A DNA stretch of 50,182 bases from Chiloscyllium plagiosum (lineage: Eukaryota). Position numbers and translations under genes: made by a program. Under the pieces are notes generated by a model that was not told where the DNA came from, made no database searches, and was given only the letters and a program-made list of their open reading frames with translations. The DNA is taken from NCBI RefSeq assembly GCF_004010195.1, contig NC_057760.1, positions 488,408 to 538,589 of the forward strand, in the 5' to 3' direction. Below are positions 23,975-35,722 of the stretch, in pieces. Positions within the stretch are counted from its first letter, which is position 1; every line of letters starts with the position of its first letter.

Positions 23975-24560
23975 AGACGGTCAGCACTGAGGGAGCGGGC
24001 ACTGTCGGAGGGTCAGCACTGAGGGAGCGGGCACTGTCGGAGGGTCAGCGCTGAGGGAGCAGGCACTGTCAGAGGGTCAGCACTGACGGAGTGGGGCAAT
24101 GTCAGAGGGTCAGCACTGAGGGGGCAGGCACTGTCAAAGGGTCAGCTCTGAGGGAGTGGGTTACTATCAGATGGTCAGCGCTGACGGAGCGGGTGCTGTC
24201 AGATGGTCAGTGCTGCGGGAGCGGGTGCTGTCAGAGGGTCAGCGCTGAGGGAGTGGGTGCTGTCGAAGGGTCAGCGCTGAGGGAGCGGGCGCTGTTGGAG
24301 GGTCAGTGCTGAGGGAGTGGGCGCTGTCGGAGGGTCAGCGCTGAGGGAGTGGGTGCTGTCGAAGGGTCAGCGCTGAGAGAGGCGGGCACTGTTGGAGGGT
24401 CAGCGCTTAGGGAGAGCCACACTGTCAGAGGGTCAGTGCTGAGGGAATAGGCGCTGTTGATGGATCAGCGCTGAGGGAGCACCGCACTGTCGGTGGGATC
24501 AGTGCTGATGGAGAACTGCGCTGCTGAGGGTCAGCGCCGAGGGAGCGGCACTGTCTGAGA
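23975..24560. repeat. ~32-bp GC-rich minisatellite, ~18 copies
   Basis: Unit gagggtcagcgctgagggagcgggcactgtcg; a related array lies at 33765-34190. Confidence 0.95.
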
Positions 24561-25134
24561 GACACTAGTAGTGGATGCCACCATGGGAGTGCTACCCTGT
24601 TGGCGAGTCGGCACTGAGGGAGCAGTACCCCCTTCTCAGCATCAGTTCTGAAGGACTGCTGCACTGTTGGAACAGCGTTCTTCCTGCTGAGGCATGAAAG
24701 AAAGATTCTCTTGCCCCCTCAGGTAAACATTCAAGATTCCATGACACTATCTGGAAGCAGAGCTGGGAAGGGGAGTGTCCTGGGGCTATCCTTCAACCAA
24801 CATCACCAAAAGAGATGGTTGCTCATTCTATCTCATTGCTGCCAATGGGAACGTGCTGTGCTTTGACCCAGGACTTCCGCAGTCGCTCTACAAATGAAAG
24901 TGTTGCCTTTCCTATCAACCGGTGTGAGGTTTTATGAGTAATCTTCAGCGATCTGAGAGAGCGTGCGGACTTCAGGCGTGGTATCAGTTGGGGAGAGACA
25001 TTTTGTTTTTAGCTTCATGTATCTCTGGCTATTTAGTGCGGGGGTCAAAGAAAGTGCTTGTATTTTTGTCACCTCTTTCATAACCTTAGAACATCCCAGG
25101 GCTCTTCGCAGCCAATGGTCAGCCACTGTCGTGA

Positions 25135-25521
25135 GGTTCAGAAAAGATTTACAAGGATGTTGCCGGGGTTGGAGGGTTCGAGCTACAGGGAGAGGCTGAA
25201 CAGGCCGGGGCTGTTTTCCCTGGAGCGTCGGAGGCTGGGGGGGAACCTTATAGAGGTTTATAAAATCATGACGGGCATGGATAGGGTAAATAGACAAGGT
25301 CTTTCCCCTGGGCTGGGGGAGTCCAGACCTAGAGGGGCATAGCTTTAGGGTGAGAGGGGAAAAATTTAAGAGGGACCTAAGGGGCAACATTTTCACACAG
25401 AGGGTGGTGCGTGTATGAAATGAGCTGCCAGAGGAAGTGGAGGAGGCTGGTACAATGACAATATTTAAAAGGTATCTGGATGGGGACATGAATAGGAAGG
25501 GTTTGGAGGGATATGGGACAA
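25135..25521 (+). mobile_element. CR1 LINE 3' fragment running into an assembly gap
   Basis: VQKRFTRMLPGLEG..YRERLNR..EVYKIM. Confidence 0.9.
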
Positions 25522-26627
25522 NNNNNNNNNNNNNNNNNNNNNNNNNNNNNNNNNNNNNNNNNNNNNNNNNNNNNNNNNNNNNNNNNNNNNNNNNNNNNNN
25601 NNNNNNNNNNNNNNNNNNNNNNNNNNNNNNNNNNNNNNNNNNNNNNNNNNNNNNNNNNNNNNNNNNNNNNNNNNNNNNNNNNNNNNNNNNNNNNNNNNNN
25701 NNNNNNNNNNNNNNNNNNNNNNNNNNNNNNNNNNNNNNNNNNNNNNNNNNNNNNNNNNNNNNNNNNNNNNNNNNNNNNNNNNNNNNNNNNNNNNNNNNNN
25801 NNNNNNNNNNNNNNNNNNNNNNNNNNNNNNNNNNNNNNNNNNNNNNNNNNNNNNNNNNNNNNNNNNNNNNNNNNNNNNNNNNNNNNNNNNNNNNNNNNNN
25901 NNNNNNNNNNNNNNNNNNNNNNNNNNNNNNNNNNNNNNNNNNNNNNNNNNNNNNNNNNNNNNNNNNNNNNNNNNNNNNNNNNNNNNNNNNNNNNNNNNNN
26001 NNNNNNNNNNNNNNNNNNNNNNNNNNNNNNNNNNNNNNNNNNNNNNNNNNNNNNNNNNNNNNNNNNNNNNNNNNNNNNNNNNNNNNNNNNNNNNNNNNAA
26101 TAGACAATAGGTGCAGGGGTAGGCCATTCTGCCCTTCGAGCCTGCCCCACCATTCAATATGATCATGGCTGGTCATCCTTAATCAGTATCCTGTTCCTGC
26201 CTTATCTCCATAACCCTTGATTCCACTATCCTTGAGAGCTCTATCCAACTCTTTCTTAAATGAATCCAGAGACTGGGCCTCCACTGCCCTCTGGGGCAGC
26301 GCATTCCACACAGCCACCACTCTCTGGGTGAAGAGGTTTCTCCTCATCTCTGTCCTAAATGGTCTACCCCGTATTTTTAAGCTGTATCCTCTGTCTCTGC
26401 AGCTAACCGAGCAAGATCCGAAACCAGAAATACGTGCGAGACCCTTCGAATCTATTATTAAGCTAAGCTTTTGCATTGCCTGCCTCAGAGTCCCTGCAAG
26501 TGGTTCCGGATTTTCAGACTTAAGCAGAACAGGAGCAGACTCGGGCCAAGTGAGGATTATAAAAGCCAGGACTGTTTACCTTAGAGAGCTATAATGTGGA
26601 GGAGTCGGTGTTGGACTGGGGTGGATC

Positions 26628-26930
26628 ATAGAACATAGAATCCCCACAGTGTGGAAACAGGCCCTTCGGCCCAACAAGTCCACCCTGACACTCCGAAGAA
26701 TAACCACCCAGACCTATTGCCCTTAACCTAAATTTGCCTGTGACTAATGCAACCAACCTGCGCATCTCTGAACATTATGGGCCAATTGACCCTAATCTGC
26801 ACATCTTCGGACTGTGGGAGGAAACTGGAGCACCCGGAGGGAACCCACACAGACACTGGCAGAATGTGCAAACTCCACACAGATGGTCGCCTGAGGCGGG
26901 AATCGAACCCAGGTCCCTGGCGCTGTGAGG
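26628..26930 (-). mobile_element. V-SINE
   Basis: Reverse B box (ggttcgattcc), V-domain and LINE tail. Confidence 0.8.
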
Positions 26931-27002
26931 ATAAAGTTTAAAAAAAAAAATCACACAACGCCAGGATATAGTCCAACAGGTTTACTTGGAAGCGCTGGCT
27001 AC

Positions 27003-27031
27003 CTGATGAAGGAACAGCGCTCCGAAAGCTA
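27003..27031 (+). ncRNA. Minimal type I hammerhead ribozyme motif (family B)
   Basis: tac-CTGATGA-A-GGAAC-agc-GCTCC-GAAAG-CTA-gtg: intact core, palindromic AGCT stem III, CUA triplet, stem I tac/gtg. It lies in an inverted-repeat PLE fragment at ~26940-27090. Confidence 0.65.
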
Positions 27032-28273
27032 GTGCTTCCACATAAACCGGTTGGACGATAACCCCTGGGTTTGTGCGATTTAATAAATTTTACCTTTAGA
27101 GAGGACATTAAATCAAGGTGTTCAAAGTCATAAAGGGTCTGGACAGAGTCCCTGGAACAAATTATGTGAATCTCGAGTGGTGGGGGGAGTGGTGGTGGGG
27201 TGCAGGGGTTAAAAGTAATTGACAGCAGGGTGCACGGTGGCTCAGTGGTTAGCACTGCTGCCTCACTGCGCCAGGGACCCGCATTCAAATCCCGCCTCGG
27301 GGTAACTGTCTGTGTGGAGTTTGCACATTCTCCCCCCGTGTCTGCGGTTTCCTCCCATAATCCAAAGATGTGCAGGTTAGGGNNNNNNNNNNNNNNNNNN
27401 NNNNNNNNNNNNNNNNNNNNNNNNNNNNNNNNNNNNNNNNNNNNNNNNNNNNNNNNNNNNNNNNNNNNNNNNNNNNNNNNNNNNNNNNNNNNNNNNNNNN
27501 NNNNNNNNNNNNNNNNNNNNNNNNNNNNNNNNNNNNNNNNNNNNNNNNNNNNNNNNNNNNNNNNNNNNNNNNNNNNNNNNNNNNNNNNNNNNNNNNNNNN
27601 NNNNNNNNNNNNNNNNNNNNNNNNNNNNNNNNNNNNNNNNNNNNNNNNNNNNNNNNNNNNNNNNNNNNNNNNNNNNNNNNNNNNNNNNNNNNNNNNNNNN
27701 NNNNNNNNNNNNNNNNNNNNNNNNNNNNNNNNNNNNNNNNNNNNNNNNNNNNNNNNNNNNNNNNNNNNNNNNNNNNNNNNNNNNNNNNNNNNNNNNNNNN
27801 NNNNNNNNNNNNNNNNNNNNNNNNNNNNNNNNNNNNNNNNNNNNNNNNNNNNNNNNNNNNNNNNNNNNNNNNNNNNNNNNNNNNNNNNNNNNNNNNNNNN
27901 NNNNNNNNNNNNNNNNNNNNNNNNNNNNNNNNNNNNNNNNNNNNNNNNNNNNNNNNNNNNNNNNNNNNNNNNNNNNNNNNNNNNNNNNNNNNNNNNNNNN
28001 NNNNNNNNNNNNNNNNNNNNNNNNNNNNNNNNNNNNNNNNNNNNNNNNNNNNNNNNNNNNNNNNNNNNNNNNNNNNNNNNNNNNNNNNNNNNNNNNNNNN
28101 NNNNNNNNNNNNNNNNNNNNNNNNNNNNNNNNNNNNNNNNNNNNNNNNNNNNNNNNNNNNNNNNNNNNNNNNNNNNNNNNNNNNNNNNNNNNNNNNNNNN
28201 NNNNNNNNNNNNNNNNNNNNNNNNNNNNNNNNNNNNNNNNNNNNNNNNNNNNNNNNNNNNNNNNNNNNNNNNN

Positions 28274-29777
28274 TGCACATCCCTGGACACTACGGGACAA
28301 TTTAGCATGGCCAATCCACCCTAACCTGCACATCCCTGGGCACTATCGGACAATTTAGCATGGCCAATCCACCCTAACCTGCACATCCCTGGGCACTATC
28401 GGACAATTTAGCATGGCCAATCCACCCTAACCTGCACATCCCTGGGCACTATCGGACAATTTAGCATGGCCAATCCACCCTAACCTGCACATCCCTGGGC
28501 ACTATCGGACAATTTAGCATGGCCATTCCACCCTAACCTGCACATCCCTGGACACTATGGGACAATTTAGCATGGCCAATCCACCCTAACCAGCACATCC
28601 CTGGACACTATGGGACAATTTCCCATGGCCAATCCACCCGAACTGCACATCCCTGGACACTATGGGACAATTTAGCGTGGCCAATCCACCCTAACCTGCA
28701 CATCCCTGAGCACCACGGGACAATTTAGCATGGCCAATCCACCCTAACCTGCACATCCCTGGGCACTATGGGACAATTTAGCTTGGCCAATCCACCCTAA
28801 CCTGCACATCCCTGGCACTACAGGACAATTTAGCATGGCCAATCCACCCTAACCTGCACATCCCTGGGCTCTATGGGACAATTTAGCACCGCCATTCCAC
28901 CCTAACCTGCACATCCCTAGGCACGATGGGACAATTTAGCATGGCCAATCCACCCTAACCTGCACATCCCTGAGCACCACGGGACAATTTAGCTTGGCCA
29001 ATCCACCCTAACTTGCACATCCCTGGCACTACACGACAATTTAGCATGGCCAATCCACCCTAACCTGCACATCCCTGGACACTATGGGACAACTTATCAG
29101 CATTCCAAAAAAATTTCCCTCCCCTCCCCTATCAGCGTTCAAAAAAGTTCCCCCCAGACGTGATCGACGATGCTCTCCACCGCATCTCCTCCACTTCCCG
29201 CTCCTTATCCCTTCAGCCCCACCCCTCCAATCGCCTCCAGGACAGAACCCCACTGGTCCTCACCTACCACCCCACCAACCTCCATATACATCGTATCATC
29301 CATCGTCATTTCCGCCATCTCCAAACGGACCCCACCTCCAGGGATATATTTTCCTCCCATCCCCTATCAGCGTTCAAAACTGTTCCACAATTTAGCACAG
29401 CCAATCCACCCTAACCTGTACATCCCTGGGCACTATGGGACAATTTAGCATGGCCAATCCACCCAAACTTGTATATCCCTGGGCACTATGTGACAATTTA
29501 GCATGGCCAATCCACCCTAACCTGTACATCCCTGGGCACTATGGGACAATTTAGCATGGCCAATCCACCCTAACCTGCACGTCCCTGGACACTATGGGAC
29601 AATCTAGCATGGCCAATCCACCCTGACCTGTACACCTTTGGACTGTGGGAGGAAATCAGAGCACCCAGAGGAAATGCAGGCAGACAGGGGGAGAATGTGG
29701 AAACTCCACACCTGAAGGTGGAATCGAACCCAGGTCCCTGGCACCATGAGTTGGCAATGCTAACGCCTGAGCCACCG
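28274..29777 (-). repeat. 53-bp SINE-derived tandem array (~19 visible copies) ending in its parent SINE head (~29630-29777)
   Basis: Unit cctgcacatccctgggcactatgggacaatttagcatggccaatccaccctaa, interrupted at 29092-29388. Smaller arrays of the same unit occur at 46735-46930, 22930-23040 and 15420-15780. Confidence 0.92.
29150..29380 (+). mobile_element. Penelope-like element ORF fragment (RT-to-GIY-YIG linker)
   Basis: VIDDALHRISSTSRS...DRTPLVLTYHPTNLHIHRIIHRHFRHLQTDPTSRDIF...PLSAF, the PLVxTYHP/HFxxLQxDP pattern of vertebrate PLEs. Confidence 0.75.
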
Positions 29778-30699
29778 TTAAAGCCATGACTGGAGGGCAG
29801 AGAGTGAGAGAGGGTCGGAGGAAGCGACAGCGAACAAGAGAGCAAGGGAGAGGAAGGCAATGAGCCAAGGTCTAACATATGACTCTATAACTGGGTAGTG
29901 GGACTTCCCCTCTACAATCCAACCGCACCCAAATGAGATCTCACTGTATCTTGCCATCAATAGAAAGATGGCCTGTCAAATTTGGTCAAAATTCCATCTT
30001 TTGAAGGCAGCCTTCAGACTAGGGTTTAATGGGGAAAGGTGTGTGCAGGAGCAAGTGACAAGTGAGGCCTACATCACAGGCTTAGCATTCCAAATCACCA
30101 TTTTAAAAATTAAATCTTTTCCAAAACATTCCAGAAGCCTGCAGGAAATTGCTCCAATTAAAATAGAGGAAGGAAATGGGCAATTGAGGGTTGTGTCCCA
30201 AAGTGTTTAAATTGTCCTGAATCACGGTGTCCTCTCTCTTCTGTTTTTGATCTGTTTTTGAATTTCCCAAAATCTTTCCAAGTGCTCAAACAATCATTCC
30301 ACAAACCAACCCACCCCGCCCGCCCCAGACAAAAAAAAACCCTCACCAAACCACCCACTCCCAAGCCACTCGTCTGCCAACAAGGCAATCACTCTGATCC
30401 CAGGCTTCGGCCTGTCCTGCTAGGCCGACTTGACAAATGTGCATCCTCTGGATTCGACTGTCTGGAATTGCTTCCTGTCAGGATCATAGTCTCCAGGATG
30501 CTAGCAGTTGTCAATGGTGATTCAAACATCTCAGGTTCAAAACTCCCAAGGGTTGAACTCAAAAATCAAGGACAATAGACAATAGGTGCAGGAGTAGGCC
30601 ATTCTGCCCTTCAAGCCTGCACCACAGGAAGATAGCTCTCTGTGGCAGCACTGGGTCTTTCTGACTAGAAATGCCATAATTTTGAACAAGGGTTTGAAT

Positions 30700-31605
30700 G
30701 CAATCAAAAGAGAAAATTCTGGAAAATCTCAGCAGATCTGGTAGCATCTGTAAGGAGAGAAAAGAGCTGGCGTTTCGAGTCTAACTGACCCTTTGTCAAA
30801 GCTAAAAAAAGGGAGAAATAGGGAGATATTTATACGAGGCTGAGAGAAGGGGAGTCGTGGCTTCAGAAGCAAAGGTAGCAATAAAGAGATGACAGTGCAT
30901 AGAGAGATTATAGGGAGATTAGGAGCTGTGAGTGACCAAGGCTGAAGTCACTACTAAATTAAAAATCACACAACATCAGGTTATAGTCCAACAGGTTTAA
31001 TTGGAAGCACACTAGCTTTCGGAGTGACACTCCTTCATCAAGTGATTGTGGAGCGTCGCTCCGAAAGCTGGTGTGCTTCCAATTAAACCTGTTGGACTAT
31101 AACCTGGTGTTGTGTGATTTTTAATTTTGTACACCCCAGTCCAACACCGGCATCTCGAAGTCAGTGCCTATGTGACAAAATATGTGGGGGATGGGTGAAG
31201 CAGAGGCAAAATGGAAAACAGAGGAGAAGGGTAGCAAAAGGGGGAAGAGGAGAGGAAAAAGGTGATGAGAGAGTGCGGAGCGAGAGAAAGAGAGACAATC
31301 AAGAAATAAGAGGTACAGAACAGTGAAAAAAATATAGAAACAAAAGATAAATGAAATAAATGAAATAAAATTACGGAGCAGAATGAAATCAGAGGGGTCG
31401 AGATGGGATCATCACCTGAAGTTGTTGAATTCAATGTTGAGGCCGGCAGGCTGTAACGTGCCCAGTCGGAAGATGAGATGCTGTTCCTCCAGTTTGCGCT
31501 GAGCTTCACTGGAACGTCGCAGCAGGCCAAGGACAGACATGTGGGCATGGGAGCAGGATTGTGTGTTGAAGTGGCAAGCCACGGGAAGGTCCAGGACCTG
31601 ATTGC
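30700..31605 (-). mobile_element. Penelope-like element 3' end (family C): GIY-YIG C-terminus, tail and degenerate hammerhead
   Basis: DLPVACHFN..CSHAHMSVLGLL..SSEAQRKLEEQHLIFRLGTLQPAGLNIEFNNFR* at 31412-31600. Downstream: agct-TTGACAA-A-GGGTC-agtta-GACTC-GAAAC-GCC-agct at 30803-30765. Confidence 0.85.
30958..31155. mobile_element. Palindromic PLE family B terminal-repeat fragment inserted in the family C element
   Basis: 30960-31024 is a near-perfect inverted repeat of 31059-31122, with hammerhead-like GGAG..CTCC-GAAAGCT on both arms. Confidence 0.8.
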
Positions 31606-31638
31606 GTACAGATGCAATGTTTTGCCTCCTGTCCCAAA

Positions 31639-31950
31639 GGGGCTCAGTGGTCAGCGCTGCTGCCCCACAGCACCAGGGACCTGGGTTCGATTCCAACCTC
31701 AGGGCGACTGTCTGTGTGGAGTTTGCACATTCTCCCCGTGTCTGCGTGGGTTTCCTCTGGGTGCTCCGGTTTCCTCCCACAGTACAAACGATGAGCAGGT
31801 TAGGTGAATTGGTCATGCTAATTTGCCCATAGGTGCATTAGTCAGGGGTAAATGTAGGGGAATGGGTCTGGGTGGGTTACTCTTCGGAGGGTCAGTGTGG
31901 ACTTGTTGGGCCGAAGGGCCTGTTTCCAGACTGTAGGGAATGTAATCTTA
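31639..31950 (+). mobile_element. V-SINE
   Basis: ggctcagtggtcagc...gggttcgattcc head, V-domain and tail. Confidence 0.85.
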
Positions 31951-32119
31951 AAAAAAAAAGTGGGCATAATGTTCATGAACTGCCATAAAGGGTAGCAAAA
32001 CAGAATGCAACTACAGAGAAGGTGCAGAGAGAAAGTGAGAGATCACAATTTAACGTTTGAACGGTCCAGTCAGTTCCCAGTTTCTAAGGGTGTTACCAGG
32101 GGGAAGGATGTTGTGCAAC

Positions 32120-33050
32120 CTGAAAAGATTTACAAGAATGTGGCCAGGGTTGGAGGGTTTGAACTATAGGGAGAGGCTGAATAGGCTGGGGCTGTTTTCC
32201 GTGGAGTGTCGGAGGTTGAGGGGTGACCTTATAGAGGTTTATAAAATCATGAGAGGCATGGATAGGGTAAATAGACAAAGTCTTTTCCCTGGGGTGGGGG
32301 AGTCCAGAACTAAAGGGCATAGGTTGAGGTTGAGAGGGGAAAGATTTAAAACGGGTCTAAGGGGGCAACTTTTTCATACAGAGGGTGGTATGTGTATAGA
32401 ATGAGCTGCCAGAGGAAGTGGTGGAGGCTGGTACAATGACAACATTTAAAAGGCATCAGGTTGGGTATATAAATAGGAAGGGTTTGGAGGGATATGGGCC
32501 AAGTGCTGGAAAATGTGACTAGATTAGTTTAGGATATCTGGTCGGCATGGACGAGTTGGACCCAAACAGTCTGTTTCCGTGCTGTACATCTCTATGACTC
32601 AACGCCTAGTAAGGCTTGAGTTATAAGGAGAGACGAGGTAAGCTGGGATGGTTTTCACTGGAACGTAAGAGATGGAAGGGTGACCTTATAGAAGTTTATG
32701 GAATCATGAGATCAGTTGCATAGAAAAAGTATTTTCCATAAGGTTGGGGGGGAAGTGGGGTTCAAAACTAGTGGGCATAAGGTGGCAGGAGAAAGATTTA
32801 AAAGGGAACTGAGGGACAAGTTTTTCACACAGAGGGTGGTTTCTATGTGGAATTAACTGCCCGAGGAAGTGGTAAATGCAGGTGTATTGACCACATTTAA
32901 AAGACATTTGGACAAGTATGCAAACAGGGTAGGTTTTGGAAGGTTCAGAAGGATATGGGCCAAACGCAGGCAAATGGGACTGGTTCAGCTTGAGAAACTT
33001 GTCTAGCATGGCTGAGTTGGGTCGAAGGGTCTGTTTCTGTGCCATTCAAC
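32120..33050 (+). mobile_element. Two tandem CR1 LINE 3' fragments
   Basis: KRFTRMWPGLEGLNYRERLNRLGLFS...RRLRGDLIEVYK, with two separate 3' tails (~32600 and ~33050). Confidence 0.85.
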
Positions 33051-33084
33051 TCTATTGCAAACTTCCGAAAGGCTACCTGTTAAA

Positions 33085-33500
33085 TTTTACAGAGTAAAGC
33101 TTCTTCCACTCTTTAAAACTGAAAGTAAAGCTCCCCCTTCACTGTCCCCTCATCAAACACTCCCAGGACAAGGACAGCAAGGTGTTAGATACAGAGTAAA
33201 GCTCCCTCTACACTGTCCCCCCATCAAACACTCCCAGGGACAGGGACAGCACCGTGTTAGATACAGAGTAAAGCTCCCTCTACACTGTCCCCCCATCAAA
33301 CACTCCCAGGGACAGGGACAGCACGGTGTTAGATACAGAGTAAAGCTCCCTCTACACTGTCCCCCCATCAAACACTCCCAGTACAGGTCAGCAAGGTGTT
33401 AGATACAGAGTAAAGCTCCCTCTACACTGTCCCCCATCAAACACTCCCAGGACAGGGACAGCACAGGGTTAGATACAGAGTAAAGCTCCTTCCATGCCGT
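33085..33500. repeat. ~59-bp minisatellite (reverse of the 5625-6145 unit), ~6 copies
   Basis: Unit gttagatacagagtaaagctccctctacactgtccccccatcaaacactcccagggacagggacagcac. Confidence 0.95.
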
Positions 33501-33764
33501 TCCCATTCCACCATTCTCCACAGTCACAGTTGGGAAAGAGTGGAGTCTCTAGCTCAGTGACACTGGGAGGTTCTTATGCCTTCTCCTGTTCTGTTCCTGC
33601 CAAGATCTTCCAGGGTGCTGGCACCTGACTAGACTCAACCGAGTGTGAACCTAGGCATCAATGTTGTACCCTTGCCAGACTACCTCATGCATTAACTTTA
33701 CCAGCTTAAAATCCAGGGATCATGATTAGAAACCATGTTTAATCTTTTCCCTTGCCTCTTTCAA

Positions 33765-34190
33765 AGGGTCAGCGCTGAGGGAGGGGGTGCTGTCGGAGGG
33801 TCATCGCTGAGGGAGTGGGTGCAGTTGGAGGTTCAGCGCTGAGGGAGGGGGTGCTGTCGGAGGGTCAATGCTGAGGGAGTGCAGCACTGTCGGAGGGTCA
33901 GTGCTGAGGGAGTGCCGCACTGTCGGAGGGTCAGTGCTGAGGGAGCGCCGCACAATCGGAGGGTCAATGCTGAGGGAGTGCAGCACTGTCGGAGGGTCAG
34001 TACTGAGGGAGTGCCGCACTGTCTGAGGGTCAGCGCTGAGGGAGGGCCGCACTGTTGGACGTTCAGTACTGAGGGAGTGCCGCGCTGTCTGAGGGTCAGC
34101 GCTGAGGGAGCGGTGCACTGTTGGAGGTTCAGTACTGAGGGAGTGCCGCGCTGTCTGAGGGTCAGCGCTGAGGGAGCGCTGCACTGTTGA
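33765..34190. repeat. ~32-33-bp minisatellite, ~13 copies
   Basis: Unit gagggtcagtgctgagggagtgccgcactgtcg. Confidence 0.95.
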
Positions 34191-34974
34191 TGGGGAAGTT
34201 ATTACCTGGGTTTTGGATCTATTGTTTATCTGTAGACTAAGATTGCTTAATGAAAGCCTCTGATTGTGATTGCGTTTCTGCTGGCGGGAGCCTGCTCTCC
34301 ACCTCTTGTTTGCGTGGGCTCATACCTGGCAGTGGGCGACTGTGTAGCAGACCGACCTCTTTGGTCTGTCACAAATGCCGTCCTGGGGTGGGGGCAGGCG
34401 CTACGGGAATGCAAGTTGTGCTGTCCCTTCTCATGGGGAGCAGCTGCCTGATACCTCCCACTGTTTGTCTGCTGAGAGGGTATGTTTGGCTGCATTCCCT
34501 GCAAATTTTATTCCGGATTCTTTCGGTTGTGATTACCGTGGAGAAAAGTTTCCTGACATCTCTGAGGAAAGTGTGCATCGTTGGGAGGCTGAGAGGCCTC
34601 TGGCAATTTGTTTTATAATGTTCCCTCAGTTCCTTCAGTCCTTTTAAACACCAGTTAGATCCCTCTTAACTGCGTACTGAAGCTAACCTCTTCAGTTTAA
34701 TCTGTTGTCGGAACTTAATTCCTTTCCTCTGGATGTCATTTTGATGTCAAACAGCTTCGGATGGAATGTGTCTCTGAATTCCCAGACATTGACGTTGATG
34801 TAGTGAGGTGATTTTTTTGCACAGCATTCAGACAGGCCATTCAGCCCCTCACCTCTGAGCTGTTCCTGCTTCACCACAGCCCACCCCACCTCCCCCCCAC
34901 TTCCCCCATCACCCTGTCCTTCTATTCCTCCTTCCCTCCTGCGTTTATTCAGCTTTGCTCTTCAGTGGATCTTA

Positions 34975-35480
34975 GCGAGTCACCTCAACCACTTCCTCTG
35001 GGACCCAGCCGACCCCCCCCCCATTCTCCCCAATCCCTGGAAGATCCAGTCCCCCAAGAGAGCGAGTCCNNNNNNNNNNNNNNNNNNNNNNNNNNNNNNN
35101 NNNNNNNNNNNNNNNNNNNNNNNNNNNNNNNNNNNNNNNNNNNNNNNNNNNNNNNNNNNNNNNNNNNNNNNNNNNNNNNNNNNNNNNNNNNNNNNNNNNN
35201 NNNNNNNNNNNNNNNNNNNNNNNNNNNNNNNNNNNNNNNNNNNNNNNNNNNNNNNNNNNNNNNNNNNNNNNNNNNNNNNNNNNNNNNNNNNNNNNNNNNN
35301 NNNNNNNNNNNNNNNNNNNNNNNNNNNNNNNNNNNNNNNNNNNNNNNNNNNNNNNNNCCACTCCCCGTGGGAGCGACTCCCCCATTCTCCCCCACTCCCC
35401 ATGGGAGCGACTCCTCCATTCTCCCCCCACTCCCCGTGGGAGTGAGTCCCTCATTCTCCCTAATCCCCGCGGGAGCTGCT
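34975..35480. repeat. C-rich ~35-bp minisatellite spanning a gap
   Basis: cccattctcccccactccccgtgggagcgactc-like units on both sides of the 35070-35357 gap. Confidence 0.75.
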
Positions 35481-35722
35481 TTCTGGGTGAAGATGTTGCT
35501 CCTGAATTCCTGCTTGGATTTATGAGTGACCATCTTCCGTTGCTAGCCCCCTCGTTCTGCACACACCCAAGTGGAAACATCATCTTCGTGTCTCCCCTGT
35601 TGAACCCCTTCCCAAATTTGAAAGACCTGAAGAATCTCCTCTTTCCCAGACGTCTTTCCTTGTAAATCGATTGTGTTTTGCACCTTCCCCGGCATCCTGA
35701 TTAATTTTTATTATACGGAGAA

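Noticed and set aside
24932..28333. Long ORFs in the six-frame track (also 34965-36431 and 41709-42543)
   Set aside because: Artefacts of translating N gaps.
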